Below are positions 13,434 to 26,070 of a DNA stretch of 64,000 nt, piece after piece. How positions within the stretch are numbered: position 1 is the first letter of the stretch; each line of letters starts with the position of its first letter. Below the pieces are notes generated by a model. The model was not told where the DNA came from. It saw only the letters and a list, made by a program, of their open reading frames with translations, and did not search any database. The stretch spans positions 10,613,525-10,677,524 of the forward strand of contig OZ316896.1 of the NCBI GenBank assembly GCA_973895155.1, given 5' to 3'. Made by a program: the position numbers and the translations under genes. Source of the DNA: Marsupella aquatica. Its lineage: Eukaryota; Plantae; Marchantiophyta.

Positions 13434-14340
13434 ATGGCTCGTCCTAAACAATCATGTAGAAAAGATAAGGGCGAGGGGAGACATATAACTGTGTTTGGAC
13501 CACATGTTTTGAAGTTTTCACGTGAAATCTACCAAAAACCAGTCAATTGTTGTGCCATTTGTGATGATAGTGGAGAGTTGATCATTTGTGATGGACCATG
13601 TTTGAGACACTTTCATCTCAATCCACAATCTCTACATGTAACAAAAAATAATTGTCCAAGGGTGGGCCTTCCACCACCTTCTGGCCAACATGAGAATTGT
13701 GTTGAGTTAGGCCAATTGTAGTTAGGCTAACTCAGGTTAGGATTTAACTAAGGTTAGCAATGATATATGCATGTTGTATATTACCAGGGCTAATGCCAGC
13801 TCGTGATGGATCTTTAGTTCATTTTTGGAGTGGAGCAAGAGAGACGTAAAGGTCTCTTGCTTTTCCATGGATGTAGCCTCAGTAGTGAGATGAACCACGT
13901 ACTCGTTGTGTCAACTACAAGTTTTGTATGGTATTTACATGTGCATGATGTCTCGAGATAACGATTATCCTCAACAAAGTGGAAATGCAAAGATTGCATA
14001 CAAAAATATGCAAAGTGTGCCCAATGTGGAAACTTGGGAAATTTGGAAGGTCATCTTGACTCTCCAATATGTTTGAAAATATTGAGATAGATTTTGTGTA
14101 AGGTTTTTTTGCGTCGCATGTCTACCATCACATACCTCTATCTGCTCGTTACATACATACAAGGCATGTGGTGAACATGATGACCTCAATTGGATAGTGT
14201 GTAAGGTTTTTTTGCGTTGCATGTCTGCCACCACATACTTCTATTTGCCCGTTATATACATGCAAGGCATGTGGTGAACATGATGACCTCAATTAGACAG
14301 ATATTATCCATTGCATTCGATGCCCCACAATGTGGTATTT
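13434..14340 (+). pseudogene. NSD/EDM2-type tandem PHD zinc-finger remnant
   Basis: CCAICDDSGELIICDGPCLRHFH (ORF 13434-13721), WKCKDCIQKYAKCAQCGNLG (from 13980) and ICPLYTCKACGEH...IIHCIRCPTMW (14243-14335) follow the Cys/His pattern of the EDM2/NSD PHD cluster. Interrupted by stops, an intervening segment and a ~104-bp internal duplication. Confidence 0.7.
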
Positions 14341-17300
14341 TTACTTTTCAAAGGAAAGTCAGGCATAAGAATTTGCTTGCAACCAAAAGATATATGATCA
14401 CAGTGCCCCTGGGGTTGACAAATGATTCTTCTATTGTCATCTCCATCCTATCGATCTCACTTTGCATACCAATGTTCGTGATCATATTTCTTGGCTTTAA
14501 AGTTCATCAAATAGCTTGTTTGACTAAAACACCATTGGCAATCAAGTTAGCAAAGGACAAAAGAATGAAAGTTTTAAATTTTTCTTAAGAATATTTTGGA
14601 GTTATTAAAGTAACTTAGATTCACCAGATTTTGTATTCGGGCCAATGAGACCTTAAGCTTGATATAGTTTTGGAGAGTACAGAGATATAAATTTTGAAGA
14701 CAGCCTTGAAAAATATAGAGTCAACACATCAGTAGCTAACTTTCAATAGAGTACACATTTTTTGCTTTAAAGAGGAAGAACCTAAGGAGAGCAAAAATCA
14801 ATACTCAAATAAAATTATGAATAGTTAAAAGCTTTGGTAGAAGAACATTATGTATTTTTTCAGAGGTTAATCATACGTATGTTATGGGGCTTGCAATTGG
14901 GGAGCTTAGGTTTCTTAAACTAGGTTGAAAGCTTTACATTTTTATTCTAATCTAATAAGAATTGAAATTAATAAAGTATTAACAAAATAAATAGACATTT
15001 AAAATGCATGTCGGGTTAGTTACTGTGACTCAATCATTGGAAGATCAAGAACATGCAAATCAGAAAGTATGAAAATCAAAAGTGATATCTGGTGGGCTAA
15101 TTTATGGTGAAGGGTATTTACAAACAATAGGAAATAAAATTTGATAACAAGAAAATGATTGGTAAGTTTTTTAATTTAGAAAAAAAATTAAAAATTGATT
15201 TTTTTGGTGGGGGGGAAGATGTTGTGTTTTTACCCAAAAATATTTGTTTACTAACGCCCAAAGTTAGCCGAAAAATATTATGATTCAATTTTTGGTGGAA
15301 AAATATGATGTTTTAAGAAATATTTTTATATTGTTATTTTTTTTAGTAACAGTAAATTTTTGCTGGTAACAAGAAATATTTTGCTGGTACCAATAAACTT
15401 ATTTTCTGTTTACTGCCAAGCGTGCCATACCCTATGGTGATAAGGTGACCACTTCTCTTTTTGTCTCATCTTTTGTTACATGTATGCAATTTGCATACTT
15501 TAATTTTGTATTTGTTGATGAATTTATGAATACATTAATATAAACAATGTCCAAACTATGTCAAGAAATAGACATAACTAAAGATTAGGCTGTAGAAAAT
15601 AATTACGGACCTCATGAGAGATCTCTTCCAAAATTCTGACACCACAATGTGTCACGTCAACAACAACCATAACAAACAAGACTCATCAGTTTTGTGAATC
15701 AAACTTATAGTTTTCATTCTTGTTTGTGTCAATTTGGGTGTAAATTTTGGGACGTCATGTCGTAAAAAAAAGTAAAAATGCAAAAATGCAAAAAGCAAGA
15801 CGGTTAAAATTGTCACTATGTAACCATTTTAGTTACTTAATATCCAATTTTAAAACTTAAATTCAAAGATTTAAAAAGTATTTTTCATATAATAAATAAT
15901 GACTAATAATTAACTTGATAACTTCCTTGTTAAAGGGTAATTGGCACTTGGAGTAAAATTTCCAACCCTTTGCAATTAAAGTAAAATGCTAGTCATGATC
16001 CGAACTTGAGGTCAACAAATTGATATAATTTATTTGATTAGACATTCATCTAATTGCAAATGGACTTGCCACAGATTGAATTTTGATTCTTGTAGCTTGA
16101 GAAATTGGTTAGTAGCATGTAGCAAAAAGGCCTTATTTTGTAATTACAATGATGAGATATAATTGATGCAAAAGTAAATAAAAGGAGAAAGAAAAGACAA
16201 AATTCTCTCAACTCCAATATAGTATACAATCTATTATAAGATATTCATTATCATCATTATATTACTATATTTTGGAGACCATAGTTTTATGAGTAAAATC
16301 AAGCAAAATTGATATTTTAGTGGGGGTGAAACTTTCAAATTGTTTTTTTGGAGATCTTAGTGTTTGCCATTGATATGATTTGAATTCAATTTGAAATCAC
16401 TATGGTTCAAGATGTCAAGCAAAATATTGATTAATTAATAAACTATAATAAATTAGTAGAAATTCATTATCATTTTATGTTGATCAATAATCTTATTTGT
16501 GTAAGCTTAATTTAACGATCATCAAAATACAACAATCATCATCAAAAGCCAACCTCTTCCTAAGACTGAAGTTTAATTTTGTGAGCTCATCACTCTTACA
16601 TCTAAATTGAAAAAATTACGTATTCAATTTTTAATGAAATGATTGCTCGATGATTGGTTACTCTTTGAATATGGTGTTCACATCTTTTCCGATGTGAAAA
16701 TGAAGGAAGAGTTATCAAAATTTTATTTTGGTTTTCACTTGAACTTGGAAAAACTGGTGGTTGATTTGAGTCTTTTATTACCAATCAATGGAAAATGATA
16801 ATCCACTTGATCACTTTTCGGTAAATTTATCATTGTTTGGGAATGAGATTGCCATAGGGTATGGAAGATTTGTAAACATCTAATTTTATATATAAATCGA
16901 AAGGCAGATCATTTTGAAAAATTTGAAGAACAAAAAATCTCAATAAAGACATTTGCAAAGAGAAGCTTTCTTGATTGAGAGAGGATTTAGCCCACCCAAA
17001 ATAGAACGACATATTGTGTGGAAGGTGATACAAACTAACTTTTATGTCATGGATCCCTTGTCATCTATTGAAATCTGAAATGATAGTTCTACCAATAAAA
17101 TAATAAAGGAACGAATGAAAAGAGTTGTTCTAGAGGGCAATCAACCATTTCTAAGGCATTCAATAATTGATACCTACAATCATAAATGGACTGTTTGTAG
17201 AGTTGATTTGATATCAGCATTGATTGAACAATGCAAGTTGTGGGCCACTTGTGAATTGGAGACAAAGAAAATGAGCACATTAATTTTGTGAGTTAATACA

Positions 17301-17481
17301 GAGATAAGTTAAAAATTGTTGATACAACTTCGATTAGCGCATTGCAATTGAAGTTAATTCATGAGCAATGCTCCCATCAAATCTTATTTGAAATTGTTTT
17401 TCTACTATTTTGTGATTATTTTGGTCGGTAGTGAGAGGATTTTTGGATTGCAAGAATCTTTTCATGGATCTAAGTAAATAA

Positions 17482-17826
17482 TTACTTCAATACATTTCCA
17501 TACTCGATATTGTAAAACATGTTGTATCAACATATTCTTTATTTCTTACAAAGAACTATTATAAGATAGTTCATAATGATCATGATTGTAGTAAATACAT
17601 TATGTTTATGGCATCAAATCTCTCAATGGAAAAACGAGGTGGACATCTAGTTGTTATTGAGTATGGAATAAAGATTCCAATATTAGATGGGGATATTTTC
17701 ATTTTTTGTAAACAAGATATGCATGCCACCTCGTACAGATGTTTCTCTATAGAACCCGTGTATGTAGTTGGGATTGCAATTAATGAGAAGATAGGTGGTG
17801 CCTACACATTTTCAAATGAAAATTAA
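17482..17826 (+). pseudogene. TET/JBP-like 2OG-Fe(II) dioxygenase (DSBH core) remnant
   Basis: Stop-free frame +1 reads STYSLFLTKNYYKIVHNDHDCSKYIMFM...RGGHLVVIEYGIKIPILDGDIFIFCKQDMHAT. It has HxD at 17572-17580, GGxL..GD..F and a distal His, as in TET/JBP enzymes. The 2OG-binding Arg is not evident and the upstream part of the frame is full of stops. Confidence 0.6.
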
Positions 17827-17831
17827 TAAAC

Positions 17832-19447
17832 TATTAGACTCTATCCAACTTTACCCGTTGACCGGACCAGTCGGACACCCGACACAACTATATGTACACA
17901 CCATTCAAGACTCTATACACAGTTATTGACATTCACATCATCACACATTATCAGCACGAGAGCTCAACCACCGGAGCAAAGGAGAAAGAAAAGAAAACTA
18001 TGAAAGATTAAACAATTTTAAGTGGCGAATGGTGAAAAATCTAATTGAACAGGACTAAGGCGAATGAAGGCGAATGAAGAGTCAAAGCAAAAATGCAAAT
18101 GAGATCACAGAAGGAAGAATGAGCACACAGAAGTAAAAGAAGGAGGCTAAGAAACTTTCAAAGGGCTATGAAGATTGCAAGAAACAGGGAGTGAGGAATC
18201 AAACATGAACCCTTTAATAGAAGAGAGGAAAAATACCTTAAAAAGTGCAATCGAATCTGAATCCATTGAATCTCAATAGTGCAGAAGAATAATTTTGAGG
18301 AAAAGAATAAGGATGAAAGGCGAAGAGGTGTTGATTGATTGGATAAGAGCAGCAGATTGCAAATCATAAAGGATCAAAGGATAAGGCTAACCAAAGGCGC
18401 TACACAAAATCAAAGCTTAAGGAATGCCCTTAGAAACACCCACTTCCCTGCACTGAGTAAGACGATACAAAAGGATCAAAGGCATCAAGAAACAATTATA
18501 GAGAATTCAGGAATAAAACAGAACTGAAAAAATAGAAGGAGCCCTCTGATAAACGAAGGCGAAGAGCGAAAGCAAAGGCTACCAGCATAAGTGTAAAAAC
18601 GGAAGAGAAGAGATAGAAAAAAAGAGGAGATCTCCATAAGAGAACCTGAAGAGCCAAAGCAAGGCCGAACGAGAACACACGGGGCACAACCGCCACTAGA
18701 CAAATCTCACAACATTCAATCAAAAAACGTCAAGGGAACGTCGAAAAACCGCCGCTAAATGCATAACCCTCTTTAATTACAAAATCCGTCAAAGAGATTT
18801 CAGATACAAAGGAAAAGTTGCACTTAACCATAAACACACATTTAAGTGCAAAATCCCTAAGCGCATAATCCGTCAAAGAGATCTCACTTACAAAGGAAAT
18901 GTTACACCAAATAAGCGCACATAACCGCAAAACCTTCATAACTGCACACCGTAACAAAGAAAACTTAACTTTACAAAGCCGCATGTGCACTTAACCAGGG
19001 CACGAGTAAAGAATCACCCATAACTGTACACATTGCAAAACTTCATTACTGCACAATTTAACAAAGGAAAGAGACAATACAAAGGACATTTTCCAGTTAA
19101 CCAAATAACAAGGAAAACCTAAATCCTAAGTGCAAATTCTAAAATTGAATTCCAGATTTGCATGTCCTCTTCACCAAGACACACCCTACATGCCACATAA
19201 ATGTGTTTTGTCAACTTTTACTATATGTACTAGTACATACGCCCCAATTACCATTAAAAGGAACTTAGAAAGCTAGTGACATAGCAACCCTAGATGGCCA
19301 ACCTTGAGAAATTAACTTTTCCAGCCCTAGAAATCGATGGTAGCAATTACCTAGAATGGTCCATGAACCTCAAGGAGAACCCGACACAACTATATGTACA
19401 CACCATTCAAGACTCTATACACAGTTATTTAAATTCACATCATCACA
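17832..19447 (+). mobile_element. Internally deleted Ty1/copia (Bianca-like) LTR retrotransposon
   Basis: The 5' LTR (17832-17945) is followed by the PBS-like TTATCAGCACGAG. The gag N-terminus MANLEKLTFPALEIDGSNYLEWSMN (19294) is fused directly to a truncated 3' LTR (19379-19447, near-identical to 17877-17945). TSD TAAAC at 17827-17831 and 19448-19452. Confidence 0.85.
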
Positions 19448-19519
19448 TAAACATGATTCATATTTTGTTATATATTGATTTTGCTTGTCCATATGTATTT
19501 TTGCTTATTTTTGTAATAG

Positions 19520-21310
19520 ATGGATGCTCTCATAGTTTTAAAATCCCTTTATAAATCCACGGCATATTTTGTTAAAAATATTCTTATTTTAATATTGTAT
19601 ATGCAATGGCAACTTACTATACATTTTCTGACAAGTCTTGTTTTTTGTCTTGTGACTTTTGTTTTTCTGATAGAGATCTATAATTGTTCTAAAAAAGGTG
19701 GAATTATACACTGGAAAAATAAATTATTAGTTCATTGGAGTTTTGGAGAATATTTGGAAAATATATGGATACAGCAAACATCAATTCAATGTGTGAAGAT
19801 GTGATGGTAGACTCACTTCACATCGGTTACACTATGAAGGAATGTGCATTAGCACTTGGAATATGTCAAATTACCTTATGACGATGGTTGAAAGTATTTG
19901 ATAATGGAGAAAAATGTACCCAATATATACGTTTGAGGAGGTTGGGCAATTGATTTTAGAGTTTTTTCTCATATATGGATATGCAAAAGATTGCAGAATA
20001 AGAATGATAAAGGTACGATTATGAAGTGTTGGATACAAAGTTCCAAAAAAGCTTGTACTTGCATCAAGAGCACGCGAATGTCTAATATATTGGGTTTACG
20101 ATGTCACCAAAGCAATGCATATTTGGCATATGAACTGTGAGTAAAATTCAAGTATTTATATACTCTTATTTACATTGAATCAATCAATTTTGACTATATA
20201 TGATTCAGATAGTTTGTTCATGATCATGAAATTATCTACTAATTTATTTTTTAATCTCTTGTGCAACATATGACAAATTAGCAAATTTATGGAATTAGAG
20301 TTCATGGAGCTATCAATGGAGCTACACATTATGTTATGTATATGCATGTTGCATTAAATAAGAAAGCCCTGACTATTTATGAAGGGTATAAAAATGTGAT
20401 TCAAATATTTGGTCATCCTTTATTAATTAGTTCTGATTATGCGATTGAACATATTTTGGTCCAAAATAACCTTGAAAGGGCAAGACCAAATGCTCATAGT
20501 TTTCGCAAAGGTTTTTCAGTTCATAATCAGGTAGTATTTACACTCAATTATATGTTATCAAAATTATTTGCTTGATATGCTTATTAACATACTATTGTTT
20601 TGCCTATGGGACTTATGGGGGCCCGACGTTGCATTGGCCGCGATGCTGATTTGTTGTCTGTGTTGTTAATGCTTTATGTCTGCCCTCCCAGGGGTCATGT
20701 CATTTAGCTGGCTTTTTGATGGTCTGGTTGTTTCCCATCTATCACGGGGTTTTTGTGGCTTTAACTTATAAAAGAAAAAAACAATTTCAAGGAACATATA
20801 TACTAATTTTTTTACAATCAATATGATTTTTATAGAGGATTGATCGAAGCATTTTGGGGATCGGATTCTTGAAGAAACAAGGATTGGATGCCTTGCATAG
20901 ATACTCCATTGTTGCTGTACTTCTTCCATTTATTCAAAATGTTGTAAATGATATCATTCTAACATGGAATGCCCATACAGTGAGAGCGATGCGAGAACGG
21001 GGTGTGAACAGACCATCACACATTCCTCAATTTTCTTTTCAAGGAAGAGAAAGAGAATCTAAAATAATTTTACCTCCACCATATCGTGAAGAAGGTCAAG
21101 TTGATATTCAAGATGTAGATGATATTATTGAGACTATTGACACTGATTATTGGAATCATAATGATGATCATGGAAACTTTGAACATGATGTTAAAGATTT
21201 AGACGATGAGGTAAGTAAAGCAAAATGTATTTTATTTGGTTGCATATTCTTTTCATTAATTTCAAATTCACCAAATACTTGTTTTTTTGGTGTAGTGTCT
21301 TTGTGATATC
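19520..21310 (+). mobile_element. IS3EU-type DDE transposase (integrase core), intron-containing, decayed
   Basis: HTH-like GYTMKECALALGICQITL, then HIWHMN | YDKL..YGIRVHGAINGATHYVMYMHV, FGHPLLISSDYAIEH, GFSVHNQ |intron 20531-20835| RIDR and LLPFIQNVVNDIILTWNAHTVR. This matches the WHiDGhhKL..HGgIDG..DxGgEN..SvHNQRIE..WN.H signature. Contains stops and frameshifts. Confidence 0.8.
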
Positions 21311-22799
21311 TATGATTTTGCATATGAAACTAATCAGATTAGAGTCTCATTGGAGGAGGACAAGTTAAGAATGCATTTGTTGCTTTCTCTTGAATGTGAA
21401 AGTAGTTCTCATGCCACTATGGGGTTGACAGTCTATCTGTGTACATCAATAACTAAATTTTAATAATTTGCCAGAAGAAAGGTCACGGCTTTGAATACCT
21501 TGGACCAGACACTCCAAACTATCAAAAATAGAACTGGCCACACATGAAGTAAGTTCTTATGGGGAACTTATAAATGTGACATATTATATTGTATATTAAT
21601 CTTAAAGTAGATGATTGCAAGTTGTATTATTTTTATTAGTTTGGGTTTAATGTATGTTGCATGTGTCTGTTAATTCTCTATGGATTAGACTCTTTTTTGT
21701 CTTGCCTTTGATTGAACTCTTATTGTTTGTTTAACAGTTACCTTACTTTCTATTTTGCAGGTAAATTTTGCGATGAGACATGCTAGTACTTGAGAGACTC
21801 ACGCATGTTTTCCAAGGTGGGCGTCATGAGCAAGGGACCCCTAGGTTACTATTTAAATTAGTTAATTAATCAGAATGTCTTTGAATTTTCCATGGCTAGA
21901 GAAGAAATGAAGACCTGTATAATTGAAATGAACTTGAATTTAGGCTATGTTTAGTCATTTGTAATTTTTGTAACCCGGTCAACTACTTTGTCTATTATAA
22001 TATATATCTCCCAAAGAGTTAAATTGCAGTTGATTCAATTCTGACTGACCAGGGTACATCTTAGTAGTAATTTGCCATAGATAGACACTTTCAGGGAAAA
22101 ACTTAATGTGCATGAATTGGGGCCACCTAAGGTATTTCTTTTGAAATATTAGTTACACGAGGTAATGCAATGGGCATGCATATAAATGCATTCCAATGTG
22201 GGTAACAAAGTGGGTTTCAAAGACAAGCACAAGTTAGTAGTTGAAACCAACTTTGTGGCAACAGAGCTCCCAATGAAACAGTTAGAATATGACCAAGTCC
22301 ATATTTAGTCTGTCACTCACAAACACACATGCTTACCACCAAGATGATCCTCGTCTGATAGATTTGCACTACTCAATTTCATTTTTCATTTATTCTTGTT
22401 AATCAGTAATGTGGACCTCTTGAGTTGTGGCTTCTACTAGCCATGATAGGTGTTAGTTGATGTGGTTGTGCCTACACATTGACGCTTCAGTTGGGTGAGC
22501 TGATCAAGGTGACAAACTGACACGCTTCTTTGTGGATGGACAACAATTCACTATGATAAATGAAACTATAATAAAAGTCTTATGTATCATGTAGTCTTCC
22601 TTACTTTGGCCTTCATATGATGTAAACAAGAAAAACTCAGTTGATACACTAGAATTGTGGGAGCTTATATATGTGCCAGGTAAAATCCAAGCCTCTTTTG
22701 GCTCCTTCCAGTCTCTCTTGGCCGTCTATGCTGAAAAAGGGTGGACGTCCCAGACGTCTTTACAAAGGGGGCGTCACCTTATTGCCGTCCTGGCCACCT

Positions 22800-23850
22800 T
22801 CAGTTGGTTTAAGAAAATTAAGATCATCCTTTGGTCATAGGCTGGACATCCCAACTCAAGGAACATAATTCATATTTGGGCCGGCCACAATGTCTTCATC
22901 GTCTTGACTTTACTCAAAGATCTTGCCATCCTCATTAAACACTATGTAATTAAGGTTTGAAAATTTCTCAATTTAATACTTTATACCCCTTCTAGGAATA
23001 ACCACTATATCACACACCTCCTGCCCCTAGCAGTAGTTGATAGTTCACAATGCCCCCAACTGCCAGAACATTATTTTAGACCATACACTCTGCCTTGTTG
23101 GTTTGTCTTAAATTTGCATACAATCCTCCTGTCCCTCAAATCCAATATTGCTTGGGCAAAAGCCGTTCTTTGGTCATAGGCTGGACCTCCTTACTCAAGG
23201 GACATCACTAATATTTGGGCCGGCCACAATGTCTTTGCCATCTTGACATTACTCAAAGATCTTGCCGTCCTCATAATGCACTATGTGAGCCTGTTTGAAA
23301 AGTTTGAAAAATTCTCAATTTAATACTTTATACACCTTAGTTCTAGGAATGACCACTATATCACACACCTCCCGCCCCTAGCAGTAGTTGATAGTTCACA
23401 ATGCCCCAACTGCCAAAACATTAATTTAGACCATACACTATGCCTCGTTTGTTTGTCTTAAACTTACATGAAATCCTCCCGTCCCTCAAATCCAATATTG
23501 CTTAAATAAGCAAAACCCGTTCTTTGGTCATAGGTTGGACCTCCTTACTCAAGGGACATCACTAATATTTGGGTTGGCCACAATATCTTTGCCATCTTGG
23601 TTTTATTCAAAAATCTTGCCGTCCTCATAAAGCACTATGTAAGGTTTGAAACATTTGAAAATTTCTCAATTTAATACTTATACCCCTTCTGGAATAACCA
23701 CTATATCACACACCTCCTACCCCTAGTAGGAGCTGATAGTTCACAATGCCCCCAACTGCCAAAATATTATTTTAGACCATACACTCTGCCTCATTTGTTT
23801 GTCTTAAATTTGCATGAAATCCTCTCTTCCCTCAAATCCAATATTTCCCT
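22800..23850. repeat. Tandem repeat, about 3 x 340-355 bp
   Basis: CTTTGGTCATAGG.TGGAC...ACTCAAGG...CCACTATATCACACACCTCC...CCCTCAAATCCAATATT recurs near 22829, 23168 and 23522. Confidence 0.92.
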
Positions 23851-25765
23851 GAATCTGCATTTTGGTAACGCTCGTTCTCAAATCATTGAGTATGCATGTC
23901 TTAACCCTCCTAATGCAAGTGTCACTAAATTTGTCTAAGTAGAGGCCTTTTTGTGAGCAATAGTTGTGGAGCGCCACCTCTGCATGCCTTAGTTAGCACC
24001 TTGGCATGGAGGTGGAGCAACTTGCTATCAGACGTTACAAGTTAGTTCTCTATAGTGATCGGGACTATTGCAATTTATTTTGGTATTTGACAATGTACTG
24101 ATGATCTTAGTTGCACAAGAGGAAATTATCAAGAAGAGCTTGTTGGGGATCACCTTCAACATACAGTAGTCGCAAGAGAATCAACCAAGCAACAAAGCTT
24201 TGAATTTGGCCTAGAAATTAAAAGTAGAGTAGAGAAGAGGAGGGCGGACAATGGGTTCGTTTGTGCATCACAAAGACCTAGTGTAAACATCAATGATCTA
24301 AGGTAATTTTTCAAATTAAACTATTCATCCATAAGTCCTAAGTTGTTGGACCCCAAGTTTTCCATATGGAGCACCTTTGCATGAAACACCTTATTCATTT
24401 TTTAGCTGGTACTACAGCCATGCTGTCCAATACATGCAGGAAAACAAGGGCTACATAGGACAGCATTTTAATTTACAGCATGAATGCTTTATTAAAAAGG
24501 AAAGAGCTGCCCCTCAAAAAAGGTGGATCAACCTAGAAATTTTTGAAAAGGCTGTGAACCAAACACTAAGAAGGTAAATCATAATAAAATGGCTGACATT
24601 TTGGTTACAAGGTATTTGTTGATCCATATGAGAGTTCTTAATAATATGCCCACATGTAATAAGCTAGGTGAAATGATGAGACAACCATAGTAGATTAAGC
24701 CTTTAATTTGTACAACTTTATTTACAATGTCTACCAAATGGTAGCGCACTCCAATGGAAGATGGAAACAAATTGATCTTCTGAAAATGGTTTGACTAGGT
24801 TGGTGGTCCCCCTCGATAACCTCTATTATTTCCTCTTGTATCTTTGTAGCAATCACATTTTTTATTTTTTCTTAGAAGACACATCCTCAGTGCAAGCTAT
24901 GAACTAGAGTTATAGCTTGCACTGAGGAAAGTAAATTAGGCTACGTTCCAACAACAGATCAAGTAGGAGATTTCATACTCAAGTTAGGCCTTGATTGCTT
25001 CTGAACTTTGTCATTTTATTCCATCATAGGTTCAACAAATAATAATTCATCATCAGTTATAGCAAAAGACCCTCTAAGTATGGGTTCTTGTGTCAATGAA
25101 AGTAGTGTTAAAGGGTAGTGATGTTGTTATGGCTCAAGAGCTATCATATTGCAAAAATGGCTCTGAGATCCTCCAAAGTGAGAAGTAATGCCCTCAAGTG
25201 CATAATGTAAGAAATTATGGCTAATCAATCTACATGCAACATGCTCATCAACAACAACCTTCACCATAGTTTCTTGGTTATTCTTGTGAGCCAATTAAGA
25301 ACTCATCCCATTCTGGATCCCACTAGTTACTTAAACCACAACTGCCCTTCAAAAGCTACGGGTTACCTGTAGTTACCATTAAAAGGAGATTTTTCCTGAA
25401 ATTGTGGAGCAAACTGACATGCTAGAGGAGAACAATGATTGAAATGTGAAAAAGGGGGAGGTCTTGGACACTTCCCCTTATATATAGGGGAAGTTGTGGT
25501 TTAAGAGCTCCAAGGAGATATGAGTTGAATCTTCTCATCATCGTTTCCTTATTGCAATGGTAGATTGTAGAGCGGGTTTGATCAGCATCCAAGGTCTGCA
25601 AATTCAGTTCTTCATGTTTTTCAGCTTCAAGTTTATCCCTCTTAAGTGGTACCATAGTAGGATTGGGGAAACTCTCACTACTAGGGAGTAAAGTTACATC
25701 ATCAGTTATCAATCATCTCCATCAGTTGACCAGATATCAGTTGCCATGTCATCTTAGAGAGGGCG

Positions 25766-26070
25766 CCAAGTTGCCGCGCTGGAAAAAAATGCGAATTTTT
25801 TTTTGTTTTTTAATTGTTTTTCACAATGTGTGTCCGTACCGTACGGATACCACATCTCAGGAGACCAGCCAAGATGGCCAGGTGTCTGTACAGTACGGAA
25901 ACAAAATTATGTCAAATTTTTTTCCCCATTTTTTTTTGTCCATATGTCGATCTCAACGAGGTTAGCTGAGATTGAGTCAATCTTAGTTGCCAGCTTAGAT
26001 GCACAGAAGTGCGAAGGCCCCATCTCAACTGCTCAGCTGAGATACAAAAATTTCAAGGCGGCAAAACTGA
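25766..26070. mobile_element. Degenerate MITE-like insertion
   Basis: Imperfect inverted ends (AGTTGCCGCGCTGGAAAAAAAT vs AAAAATTTCAAGGCGGCAAAACT). An internal motif (GAGG.TAGC..AGATTGAG..ATC..AGTT) is shared with 38120-38168. Confidence 0.35.

Noticed and set aside
16600-17481. Extension of the TET-like frame upstream as one long C-to-T-damaged ORF
   Set aside because: Many stops are TGA (compatible with CGA decay), but overall stop density is about what AT-rich random sequence gives, so it is not supportable without a consensus.
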